From Neoconidiobolus thromboides FSU 785 (Eukaryota > Fungi > Entomophthoromycota), in assembly GCA_025603075.1 (NCBI GenBank), contig MU626373.1:2481-66480 (forward strand): a stretch of DNA of 64,000 bases. The letters are read 5' to 3'. The notes under the pieces are model-generated. The model saw nothing but the letters and a program-made list of their open reading frames with translations. It had not been told where the DNA came from and did not search any database. The translations under genes and the position numbers were made by a program. Shown here piece after piece: positions 13,501 through 24,044 of the stretch; positions within the stretch are counted from its first letter, which is position 1, and every line of letters begins with the position of its first letter.

Positions 13501-14899
13501 ATTGATAGTATTTTTATTCTTATTACTTATTTTTTATAGCAAACGGAAGACCTAGTAGAGATTATTTTAATCCATTTGATGTCCCAGACGATTGTTTCCG
13601 TATTCGACTTTGTTGCACTATCCTTGACACTTGTGGCGTATATTTCAATGCTCCAAGTTCAAGATCAATCATGAATGAGTTTTTAACTTTGTTCCAAGTA
13701 ATTAATCTTTTCTTGCTATTATTTCAGTAGTTATAATGAATCATTTTAGCTTTATATTCTTAGCAAACCTTTTATCCCAATTGACGTTCAATTTGCAATT
13801 AATGATACTTTTGAGCTATTGAGACCAAAACTAAACCTTTTCGTTACTTATGAAGAAGCAGAAGAAGCTTTGATTAAAATAGCCCAAAATAAAAAGCAAT
13901 ATGGTAATTTAAATATTTATTTATTTGGTTATAGCTTTTAATACCCTCAAAGTACCTGCAGCAAATCCACAAAGAGAGGTATCGGATATCGAGGAAGATC
14001 AAGAAAGTAGCTCAGAAGATGATCAGTCAGAAGGAAGTGGTAATGAAAAGGTAAATCGATAAAATAACTTGGTGAAATACTTAAAAATAAATAGGAAGAA
14101 GAAGATCTAGAAGATAGTGATGTAAGTGAGGAGCCTGTTGAAGATGACGAAAAGATCATTCTTTTAAACAAACTTAAAAAGGAACAAGATGAAGATTTAC
14201 GTCGTCAAGAAGAAGAAGAATTTGAAAAAGAGTATCAATCCATGATGGCTTCTACTATCGATTCTCGTAAACTTGAAAGAAAGGTTGTAGCTTTGGACGT
14301 ACCTATTCCTATGAAATTATTAGGTAATAAAACTACAACTTTTCAGATTTTTATTAAATAAATTAGACAAAAATAAGCAAGCCGAAATTGAAGATGGAGG
14401 TAGTCAAGTCGCCTTTTCACTTTTGACCAAACGTGGCAATAAACAACATGTAATATATATAGTGGCTTTTATATTTATACACTAAAATGAATTTAAGGTT
14501 CGTACTGTTGGTGTCCCTTCAGATAATGCTTTAGCAATCCAAACATTAAATAAGCAAAAAGCTGAAAGAATAGAACAACAGCAGCTTAAGAAAATTGTAC
14601 TTGGATATGATACGGCTAAAACAGAAGATAACGATTATAGTAGTGAAAAACCAGTGCGTTCAACCAATTCAAAAGCTATTCCCTCTAAGTATAAAGCAAA
14701 GTATGGCGGTAATAGTCAATATGAGCCCAGATTGCAAAAAAGCTATGGGGCTTCAAAACCTGAACATCTTTTAAATTCTAGCCATCGTGATGAGGCAGCT
14801 AAGAGTAATGGGAGACAAAACGTTACTCAAACATTTGATCTATCAGATTTAATTCAAAAAAATCCGACTAGTAGTAGAGGAAATAAGGGACGGGGTTAA
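10575..14899 (+). CDS. UPF2: Nonsense-mediated decay factor UPF2/NMD2 (three MIF4G domains, acidic region, UPF1-binding C-terminus)
   Basis: Fifteen exons join in frame. Motifs LDSNFKKNTSFIKK, PWEDDDARTFY, NRDLIDQAAVEFCYINNKASRKRL, KNIRYLAELTKF, YQCNPP, FRIRLCCTILDTCG and FSLLTKRGNKQHVRTV. Confidence 0.95.
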
Positions 14900-15338
14900 A
14901 GTTGTAGTAGGGGCGAAATTAATGTTATAACTAATTTTTTAATTTTCAGCAGACAATTTCAATTTCTTTTAGTTTGAACATGACCAAAGTTTTAAGTAGA
15001 TTCTATAGACTATGCTGATTAAGAAAAGTGTTAAGTGACTAATTCTATAAAGATTGAAAGAGTCTATTGAAAATGCTCAATTTACAACTATAGGCTTGCT
15101 ATTGTTTATACCTTTTGATATTGCTTAATAATTGATAATAAACAGTGGCATAAATTCATTTTTTTCTTATTTAATCTAAAATCAGTAAATACATATAACA
15201 AAAATAATCACATATACTAAAGATAGTCAATACTGAATTGTTTAGTCGTTATTTTTGTTTATTTATTAAAAAGATGTATTAAACTTAATTAAAAACTTAT
15301 AAAACTTTAGACGCTATTTTAAAAAGCTAGCATTACTT

Positions 15339-15872
15339 TTAATCTTCGATTGTATTCAAATTCTTTTCCAAAGCTTCAGCTTCAAGCTCCAAAATAGTTT
15401 CATAGGCGGCATCTAAATTTTTACATAAGTCCAATATTTGAGCATTAAACTGATTTGATAACTTCAATGGTAGGTTTTCTTCACTTTGGATATGAGCCTT
15501 TTCTTCTTCTTCTTCTTCTTTCTTGTTTTCTTCAGTATCTCCCATCGCTGCTTCTTCGCTCTCATTCTCAGCTTCCTCCTCTTCTTCATTAATTACTTTA
15601 ACCTCTTCTTCTTCTTCTTCATTATCATCATCTTCAAAAATTAAGAGCATATCCACCTGATCAATATGTGCTAATAATTTGCCCCTTGTAATCAATTCCA
15701 TTAATAACTGGATTAGTAAGTCCATGGGCAAGTCTACCATTCCTGATAGCTGGTTTAAATAAATATTTTCATAAAATTGAGAGCAGTCAATAATCATTTT
15801 TTCAATGTCTTCTCGATTTTCTAGTTTTAAATCACCTCCTGGATTCTTAGGTTTATAGTCAATATCTTCCAT
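15339..15872 (-). CDS. Stand-alone PCI winged-helix protein, COP9 signalosome subunit 4-like C-terminus with Glu-rich insert
   Basis: Intronless 177 aa ORF with ATG. REDIEKMIIDCSQFYENIYLNQLSGMVDLP...LITRGKLLAHIDQVDMLLIFE and FNAQILDLCKNLDAAYETI parallel the CSN4 winged-helix and C-terminal helix. Confidence 0.7.
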   Translation of the reverse strand: MEDIDYKPKNPGGDLKLENREDIEKMIIDCSQFYENIYLNQLSGMVDLPMDLLIQLLMELITRGKLLAHIDQVDMLLIFEDDDNEEEEEEVKVINEEEEEAENESEEAAMGDTEENKKEEEEEEKAHIQSEENLPLKLSNQFNAQILDLCKNLDAAYETILELEAEALEKNLNTIED

Positions 15873-16270
15873 ATTTAATGATTAAAGTTGTTAAAAAGTA
15901 TTTTAGCTTTTTTTACTTCTACGTAATAAATTAAGTTTCTAAAATTGCTGCGTTTTTTCAGCAAGTGATCTTTATGAAAATGTTTTTTAAATGAAGCATA
16001 AACAAGCTCCAAATGAAATATTTAGTACATCTAATTAAATAAATTGAACATAGCATAATGTAAATTTGAATAACTTCAATTCATTATCGTCAATATTGTT
16101 AACATAATTCAAAATAATGATTTAAAGATAATTAATTGTAGTATTTATTTAATACTTAAATTCAATTAAGCTGGATTTATTTTATTATGAAATAGGATCA
16201 AAGATAAGAAATAGTACTGTACATCTTCGAAAACTTAAATTAACTATTGATCCAATATAAAGTTATTTCT

Positions 16271-16804
16271 TTATTTAGCGCTTTGTCTATACATTGAAAC
16301 ATCCAAAATCTGTTTCCCACACATTGCACAGATACCTAAAACATATTAACTCAATTATTTATTAAGCAGTTGTTTTTACTACCTTTTTTATAAGCGCAAC
16401 CTTTTAAATTGTTAGATTCAACTAAGTTAAAAAAATCATAAGTTACCTTGACAGTAATTCGCTTGAGTTTGGTGGACACTAGCTTTACAAACTTTACATT
16501 TTTTAGCATAAGGATTTAAACTAGAACTTGGGTTAGTTTCATTTTCAGTATTTTAATTGATGATTTTACCTATCAGCTTTCTTTTTAGTTAATAACTTAT
16601 TTTCATTAAGTTTTCTATCTTTCCCAGCTTAAACTTGATTAGTCTTTCACTTAAAATAATATTAACCTTACTTGAACTATTTCTAGCTCCATCCTTCCAT
16701 TTATCCGGACATATTACTTTGCCTAATTTCTTTTCGCCTGTTGAATTAAGTTTAATATAAAATTTTTGATATTCTGATATTTTATTACATTTTTTACAAA
16801 CCAT
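16271..16804 (-). CDS. CRIPT: Cysteine-rich PDZ-interactor CRIPT homolog
   Basis: Six exons (first 16 nt, fifth 18 nt) splice to MVCKKCEKKLGKVICPDKWKDGARNSSTGKDRKLNENKLL...CKVCKASVHQTQANYCQGCAYKKGICAMCGKQILDVSMYRQSAK. Confidence 0.92.
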
Positions 16805-17174
16805 GGATATAACAATATGTAATTATATTTTGTTAATTTTTTGGTTTAAAACTTCTTACTGTTTCAGTAATACCAATCAAATTCATTTAAGTCTTATGGG
16901 CAAGGATATTTTATTAGTGGAATTTTGAAATTTGCTCAAGTTGGGTGCTATTAACTTTATTTTATTGATATTATATAAATATTAAAATAGTTTGCTTAAT
17001 TAATATAGTATTAAAATAAAAATCATAATTCTTAATATCAAACATTACAAATTAAATCTTTTTATTTTGGCTAAATTATTTACATTTAAATAAATCAATT
17101 TACCCAACTTGATCTTAATTTTTAGTTAAATTCACATTATTCACTATTTTATGGTTAAAATAGGGATGAATTTT

Positions 17175-17274
17175 GATTGGCTAAATTCCTTACTGATTAA
17201 GAATAGTGACTATGTTTTTAAAAAAAATCAACATTACAGTTGAATATTAGTCATTAGCATAGTGAGCCAATCAG
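17175..17274. promoter_or_regulatory. Oppositely oriented CCAAT boxes in the CRIPT/PDK divergent promoter
   Basis: GATTGGCT at 17175-17182 and AGCCAATCAG at 17265-17274 (full NF-Y/Hap consensus), within the 597-bp head-to-head intergenic region. Confidence 0.45.
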
Positions 17275-17401
17275 CTAACAGAGGCTTAAAAGAAATAAAT
17301 ACATCAAACAACACATTTAAATGAACTATTTTTTCAATTTTTTAACTATTACATTTAATATTACAAATACCATTATTTTATGAAATAGACAATCGAAGAC
17401 C

Positions 17402-19207
17402 ATGTTTACAAAAATTCCCCAACAATTATATAGGGACATTACCCATTTTTCAAAGTTCCCGCAAACTGGAGTCTCGTTAAGTCAGATGGTTAAGTTTGGT
17501 ATGCTTCTAATCTTTACTGAGTTATAGCTCTGATATTAAGCTAAGGTCTTAATTTAGGTCATCATCCCTCTATTGGAACTTTATTAAAAGCATCTCAGTT
17601 TGTTTCTGGTAACTTGATATTTATTTATAAGATTATATATTAATAACGATAATAGAGGAATTACCAGTTAGATTAGCTCATAGAGTAGTAGAATTAGACA
17701 ACCTTCCAGATGGACTATCTGATATGCCCTCAGTTCAAAAAGTAAAACACTGGTATGCAGAGTCATTTGAAGTAATCTTCTGTAACTTGTTTTAATACTT
17801 TTATTAACTAATCTATTAGGATATTATAAAATTTAATAAAGCACTTCCAGCTAATTTAAAAAATGTATTTCGCACAGTTAACACCCAAGATTCTAATTTA
17901 TTACAATTGCCTACTTCTAAAAGGAATCCAGATATCCCTGCTTCTTATAGATCGAACGGTTCTGTATCTTTGCACCACCGGTAATTAATCTAAGTTTAGG
18001 CTAATTAAGTTATTTAATTTTTATCAGTTATTACACACCGATTGAAAAGGAGGATCTTCCTTCAGAGGTGGTAAAAAGTAATGACCAATTCGTTGCTTTA
18101 ATGGAAAAAATTAAACGAAGGCATGATCCGGTGGTTACAACCTTAGTAAGCCACTTAATCTTTATTTGAAAATCATGGCTAACAATTTTTTAGGGTATAA
18201 ATTATATTTTTATGAAAAATAATTACTTATAAATTATTTAGCTCAAGGAATTGTGGAATATAAATCAGCTAAAAAGTGTAAACTTATTGACACAGACATT
18301 CAGTCCTTTTTAGATCGATTTTATATGTCAAGAATTGGTATAAGAATGTTGTTAGGTAAGTTAAATGTTACAAACACAACAATTAATTTAATATTTAAAA
18401 TCAGGACAACATATTGCATTACACCGGGAAGAAAAGAAAGAAGATTATGTTGGAATAATATGTACAAAAACTTCAATCAGTCAAATAGCTCAAGAAGCAA
18501 TAGACAATGCTTCCTTTATTTGTGAAGATTATTATGGTTTATTTAAAGCTCCAAGGATCATTTTGCATTGTCCAGACGACTTAGAATTTATGTATGTACC
18601 TTCCCATCTACATCATGTGCTATTTGAATTATTGAAAAATTCATTGAGAGCAGTAGTTGATCGTTTCGGTGATGATTGTGATGATGAATATCCACCTATT
18701 AAAATTATAGTGGCAAAAGGAAACGAAGTAAATTTATCTTACTAGTTTATTATTATGTTTATATAAATTGTTTAGGATATTACTATTAAGATTTCTGATG
18801 AAGGCGGAGGTATTCCTAGATCTGTACTTCCTATGGTATGGACTTATATGTAAGTAGTTTTATTATTGTTTAGATAGATAGTAAAATATGATATTATAGG
18901 TATACAACAGCAGAAACACCTCAATTAGATCCTGATTTTAATAAGACTGACTTCAAAGCGCCTATGGCAGGCTTTGGGTATGGATTACCTTTATCTAGAT
19001 TGGTAATGTTATTTATTAGTTTAGCAAGTATTTATTAAATTCATTTATAGTATGCAAGGTACTTTGGTGGCGATATTAAAATTATTTCAATGGAAGGGTA
19101 ATGTTTCGATTATATAAATGAAACAAAGACTAATAATTTTTAGTTATGGAACGGATGCTTATATACATCTTTCTCGTCTATCAGACTCTGAGGAACCCTT
19201 GCCTTAG
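17402..19207 (+). CDS. PKP1: Mitochondrial pyruvate dehydrogenase kinase (GHKL fold)
   Basis: Motifs PQTGVSLSQMVKFG, EELPVRLAHRV, RRHDPVVTTLAQG, FLDRFYMSRIGIRML, HVLFELLKNSLRA, ISDEGGGIP, AGFGYGLPLSRLYARYFGG and SDSEEPLP. Eleven introns if the 1-nt exon at 18194 is accepted. Confidence 0.93.
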
Positions 19208-19496
19208 TTGATATCGGAATATGTTGTGTTTCAATAAATGTATTTTAAATACCTAACTTCAATTCGTTGTCATTATTGCTAAATTTCTAATTGTTGCTTT
19301 AGATTATGATATATGTTATTTAATGAAAGTATTTTAATTTAATTCTAATCCTTTTCTACAGCATTTATATTATTATTCTAGAAAGCTAAAATATTCAATT
19401 AAATCTCGAAAGTATTTCAACCAATCATAATCAAAAGTGATTCTAATAAGCTAAAATCTACAATCCTTGAATCTTATCCTTTTAAAGCAAACTAAA

Positions 19497-19898
19497 ATGG
19501 TATTACTGTCCATAGCATCCGGTTTATTACCTAAATGGCAATTGATAGTTTCAGTAGCTGCTTTATTCAACTCAGCCCAATGCTTTATAAGTCCATTTAA
19601 ATTCAATCATGAAATCTATAGTGGTAATAAGCAACAAGTCACTGAATTATCTTCTCGATTATTTGGAACTTGGACTTTGATTTCAGGATTAATTCGTTTG
19701 TACTCTGCTTTCTATATAAATAATCAACATGTTTATTCGCTCTGTTTATTGACTTATTTACTTGCCTTTTTCCACTTTAGTACTGAGTTATTCATTTATA
19801 AAACAGTGAAGCTTAACAGGGCCTCTATCTCCCCTTTTATTGTATCCTCCTTTTCTATTCTTTGGATGGGTACCGCTTACTCTAGTTATGTTCATTAG
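19497..19898 (+). CDS. ERG28: Ergosterol biosynthesis scaffold Erg28
   Basis: Intronless. GLLPKWQLIVSVAALFNSAQCF...VTELSSRLFGTWTLISGLIRLYSAF...TYLLAFFHFSTELFIY is the Erg28 family pattern. ATG 19497 is preferred over TTG 19467. Confidence 0.92.
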   Translation: MVLLSIASGLLPKWQLIVSVAALFNSAQCFISPFKFNHEIYSGNKQQVTELSSRLFGTWTLISGLIRLYSAFYINNQHVYSLCLLTYLLAFFHFSTELFIYKTVKLNRASISPFIVSSFSILWMGTAYSSYVH

Positions 19899-20551
19899 GT
19901 GAAGAAGAGAAGGGCTTTCTATTCAACTTAATAAACTCTTTTTTAGATAAATAGCTGATATATTTTTTTTATCATAGTAACAAGCATGAGTTTTTAATTT
20001 ATTTTTTGAATGAAAATAAATATCATTTACAATGTGGAGCGCTTTATTGCCTATAGCTGAATCTTTATTGATACATGATGGTTTGAGGTGTTGATGGATC
20101 TTATAATAAGGTTAAAAGAAAAATAGATAAATAGTATAATTATTTTCATCAATTTCAGTAGCTATGAATTTAGATAAAATAAGCCACTCAAAGTACATTT
20201 TAAATGGTGGATTTTATCGAGTTTTTGTAAATAAAGGGTTAGAGGTAAAGACTAATTGGAATTAATCTTTGAGTATAAATTTGCTTCTTTAAATGACTTC
20301 ATAAAGCTATATAATAAAGCTTTTAATATAGATCTTATTGCATAACAAAATAAGTGTTCAACAAGCTGTTTGTTTCAGCCTTTTAACTAAGCTCCTTCAA
20401 TTTAGCACAAAACTACTTTAAACTTAACTTAATTAGCCAATAATATCTAGAGGAGTTTTTCAAACTAGGATAAACTGATGAGATAAATTATAATAATATT
20501 TGAATAAAAACAAAATTTCAATTGAGTTCTTTATATTCTTTATTCAATTTA

Positions 20552-21677
20552 ATGTCAGATCCCGAAGTAGAATTAGAAGATTATAGTGTAAGCTTAAACA
20601 ATAGAAGTCACAATCATAATAAACATTAATAGTAAAATTCCTTAATTAGGACACTGATGAAACTTATACAAATAATTATCATCAATTGATAGATATGATC
20701 AATGAAGCAAGCGAAGTATTAAGTATCGATTTCAAACAACAGAGTGGTAATGTTGAGTTTGATATTAATATAACAAAAAAATTTCGAAATACCCAGAAAG
20801 AATTAAAAAGGATTGTAAAGCAATACGACGAGAACGAAAAGATGTTTATTATGGTATTTATAATCAATTTAATTTAATTTAAAATTAATCTAGGAAGGAA
20901 TTAGAAAAATATGATATACTTGAAAAAAGGCTGGAAGATATAAAAAAAGAAAAGAAAGAAGTCATTAATCAAAATAATATTATAATGAGTTAGTGATTTA
21001 TTGCTGGAAATAATAAGATTATTAAATTGTTTTTTTTAGAGGAAAATGAAAGGTATAGGATGGAAATTGCAAATGTTGAGGATACAATTGAAAAACTAAC
21101 TTTGGAAGAAAAAAAACGAGATGAAGCTCTCAATAAAGTAAGCTAAGAAGTCTTAAATAAGTGAAACATTAATCCTATTAAATAGGTAAAGAAAGAGGTT
21201 GATGATTTACAGCAAGTATATAGTGTGAGAGAGATGGAACTAAGTAAATATGATACTGTACAAATTAAAAAAGATCAAACAAAAATTAAAGAGGATATCG
21301 AAATACTTGATCAAAAGATTGAACAATACGAAAAAGAGTTATTAGCACTTGAGTATAATTCCAACTTTCAGACTTTGGGACAGGAATACAATAAAAAAAA
21401 TTTAAGAAGAGTTAATAAAGATAAAAGCAGTCATAATAAAAGAAATAGTTGTTTTAGTAATGGAACAGAATCGGATTTAGAAAATTCATCTGAAATTTTT
21501 AATCCAAGCCAGTTCCCAGCTGACCTTAATGAATCTATTAACTTAGATAATGATAATATCAGTTTAAAAGTTGATTCTGGTACTAGCTTAGACAGTGATA
21601 TCTTTAATTTTAAAAATGAAGCTTCAAATTTAGACAGTTTGGCAAAGAAAATAAAACTTGAGGTAGAATTGGAATAA
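20552..21677 (+). CDS. Hypothetical coiled-coil protein
   Basis: Five exons with GT-AG introns of ~44-60 nt join in frame from ATG 20552 to TAA 21677. Long E/K-rich heptad stretches. One junction (~20844-20897) is ambiguous. No family recognised. Confidence 0.65.
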
Positions 21678-22433
21678 GGCAGCTTGATTAACTAACCACT
21701 TATTTATTTAATTATTAAATTAAACGCCACATTTAGCTTTGTTGTTTTTTATGATATTTATTTTATCAAGTTTGTTTATTTAAAGTTAGATGATGATCTA
21801 TTATAAAATATTTGTTAGCCGAATATTAATCTTATTCAACTTTTAAACAAAAATAAGTTATGCTTTACAGAGTAGTAAATTTTAAACAACAAATTGCTAA
21901 TTTGAGTTTATGTAATTTGTATTCAAGCTTATAAAATTTCATAGTAGCATTAAAGCCTTGATTGATTGCAGTGACTATAAGAATGTGACATAATCAAAAC
22001 AAATAGTAGCCCAAATAATATTTTAAACTTTTATTATGCTTAATAAGTAAAAGCTTATTAAATTGCAAAATAACACAAATTACAAGTTGATTAAAATTAA
22101 GGGTTTAGCCAAATATTGACCTTTAATTGAAAACATGAATCCCTTCCTATGTTTAATTTGATAATATTTAAAATTAAACTAATACTTTTTATTAGTATTG
22201 GTTAGCTATAGTCATTATACTATAAAACTGGATTTCAGTTTTTTTATATAAAAGTAATACTATAGATAATACAAGATCGTTATAATATTTTATAGATTTG
22301 GCTATCATGTGTTATAAAGTCCAACTGTTTGATGATCTAAAGACAGTAAATGATAGTGCTTAATCTAAATCACATACAAAGGGGTCCAGTTTAGTAAATA
22401 ACCTTCAATATAATCAGAATCATCAAAACTATA

Positions 22434-22528
22434 TGAGGATGTATTTTTATTAAGAATTTTGCTAACAATCCTCCTACTCAATAATGCTTAAAAATGGAAA
22501 AGTAATGAAACCAAAAAAAACATCCCCA
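22434..22528 (+). mobile_element. MITE family copy
   Basis: TA|TGAGGATGTATTTTT...AAAAAAAACATCCCCA with the internal consensus core. Confidence 0.8.
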
Positions 22529-23072
22529 ATATACTACTTGGAAATGAAGATGTCATAAAACTACCTTAGCTTACGAATGTAACGAGTGACATATCCCAAG
22601 TACAAGGTACTAGAAAGCCTCAAAATAATTTAAAAAGGTCTCTGTTTTAATGATATCAGCTTACTATATGGTACATGAAATACTCAATAATATTATTAAT
22701 TCAAAGAAGAGTGTGAGTGGATTGAACTTCGCCCAGGACATTTTGTCACTTACTGGAATTGAAAATTGTAGAACTGAATTATACTACTATAACTCAAATC
22801 TCTTCTAGTAAAAAGGAATCGTAATTAAAGTTTTTAGATGCAAGCATTGAAAACAACAAGCCATTGTAGCCTTATAAACAGTCAAAAAAGGCTTTTAAAT
22901 AAAATTAGATGTTTTAGCTTTATATTGAATTTATTTGTTTATCTAACCTTAGATTATAAGTTTTAAAATTCCTTTTTCTTTGAAAACTATTTTATTTGAA
23001 AAACAATCACAAAGATTTGTGATGAAACATTGGATAGGGTTAAAAGGTAATGGCTATTGAACTATTGCCTAC

Positions 23073-24044
23073 TTATTTGCATAAATCTGATACTGGTTTC
23101 CTCCATCTTAAGGCGTATGAGAATAAGTTGAACATAATACAAACAGCAATGATACCAATACACCAAAAGAAAGCAATATAGTCTGCAAGACAACCCATAA
23201 CTGGAGAACTAGGTTGGGAATTTCTAACAGTTGGTAAAGCGAAAAGAATAGAAACACCAACAGCTATTAAAGGAGGAGGTACTTCACGTCTTGATATAAC
23301 ATAATCATAGGTGATGATTCCATATGGGATAACTAATCCCCACATAACAGCCATTAAGAAAAACGAAAATGCTTGACTGGAACTAGGTGTAGCTAAGTCA
23401 ATTGTAATAGCTATAGCATCTGGATTATTATAAGTACCAAGGAAATAATCTTCATTGTCGTCTTTAACTAGATATATTTCTACATGTGGAGTATGGCTTA
23501 CTAAACTTTCATCAACATATATGGCTAGTGGAAGGGCTTCTTTTTTAGAACCTAAACAAATAGCAGTAAATAGACCAAAGTAAGATTCAAGTGGATAGTC
23601 ACGAACAGTTCCATAAACTATTGGAATAGTGAAACTGACGGTGTTGGTAGGTTGCCCTTTTATGATGATCTTCTTTTCATATAATAAATCACAAGTGATA
23701 TTTTGATTTGAGGTATAAAACTCATCAACATAATCATCGCCAAGCATTCGAAATCTAGCATTCAAATTAATTTTACGAGCTGGTGCTTCCACAGATTGGA
23801 ATGAAAGGTATAGCGTAACACCACTAAATGGTTTATTATCTTCAAGTTCATGTTCTGAAAATGTATATCCTTGAGATACATACACAGGTTCAAGGTTCTT
23901 GAGCTCTCTTGTATATGGGTCATGCATCTTGTTAATAACTGGGACTACAATGATACACCATAGAGATATACCTATAAACGAGAGAAATATTCTCCTGAGT
24001 CTTGTTGTGGACATAATCTTTCCATAGAAATCTTTGATTGACAT
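23073..24044 (-). CDS. DUF4436-family membrane protein, paralog 1
   Basis: Intronless 323 aa: N-terminal TM, beta-rich ectodomain with GTVRDYPLESY, and three C-terminal TMs with SILFALPTVRNSQPSSPVMGCLADYIAFFW, which I recognise as the DUF4436 motif. Confidence 0.8.
   Translation of the reverse strand: MSIKDFYGKIMSTTRLRRIFLSFIGISLWCIIVVPVINKMHDPYTRELKNLEPVYVSQGYTFSEHELEDNKPFSGVTLYLSFQSVEAPARKINLNARFRMLGDDYVDEFYTSNQNITCDLLYEKKIIIKGQPTNTVSFTIPIVYGTVRDYPLESYFGLFTAICLGSKKEALPLAIYVDESLVSHTPHVEIYLVKDDNEDYFLGTYNNPDAIAITIDLATPSSSQAFSFFLMAVMWGLVIPYGIITYDYVISRREVPPPLIAVGVSILFALPTVRNSQPSSPVMGCLADYIAFFWCIGIIAVCIMFNLFSYALRWRKPVSDLCK

Noticed and set aside
16271-16290. CRIPT C-terminus QSAK lacks the class I PDZ-binding motif (QTSV in mammals)
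   Set aside because: The PDZ ligand is an animal feature; its absence in a fungus is unsurprising.
20032-20244. Exon-like pieces with a 48-nt intron (…ILNGGFYRVFVNKGLE), faintly like sphingomyelinase/metallophosphoesterase GGFY
   Set aside because: Three in-frame stops in the first piece and only a 4-residue resemblance; not enough to call.
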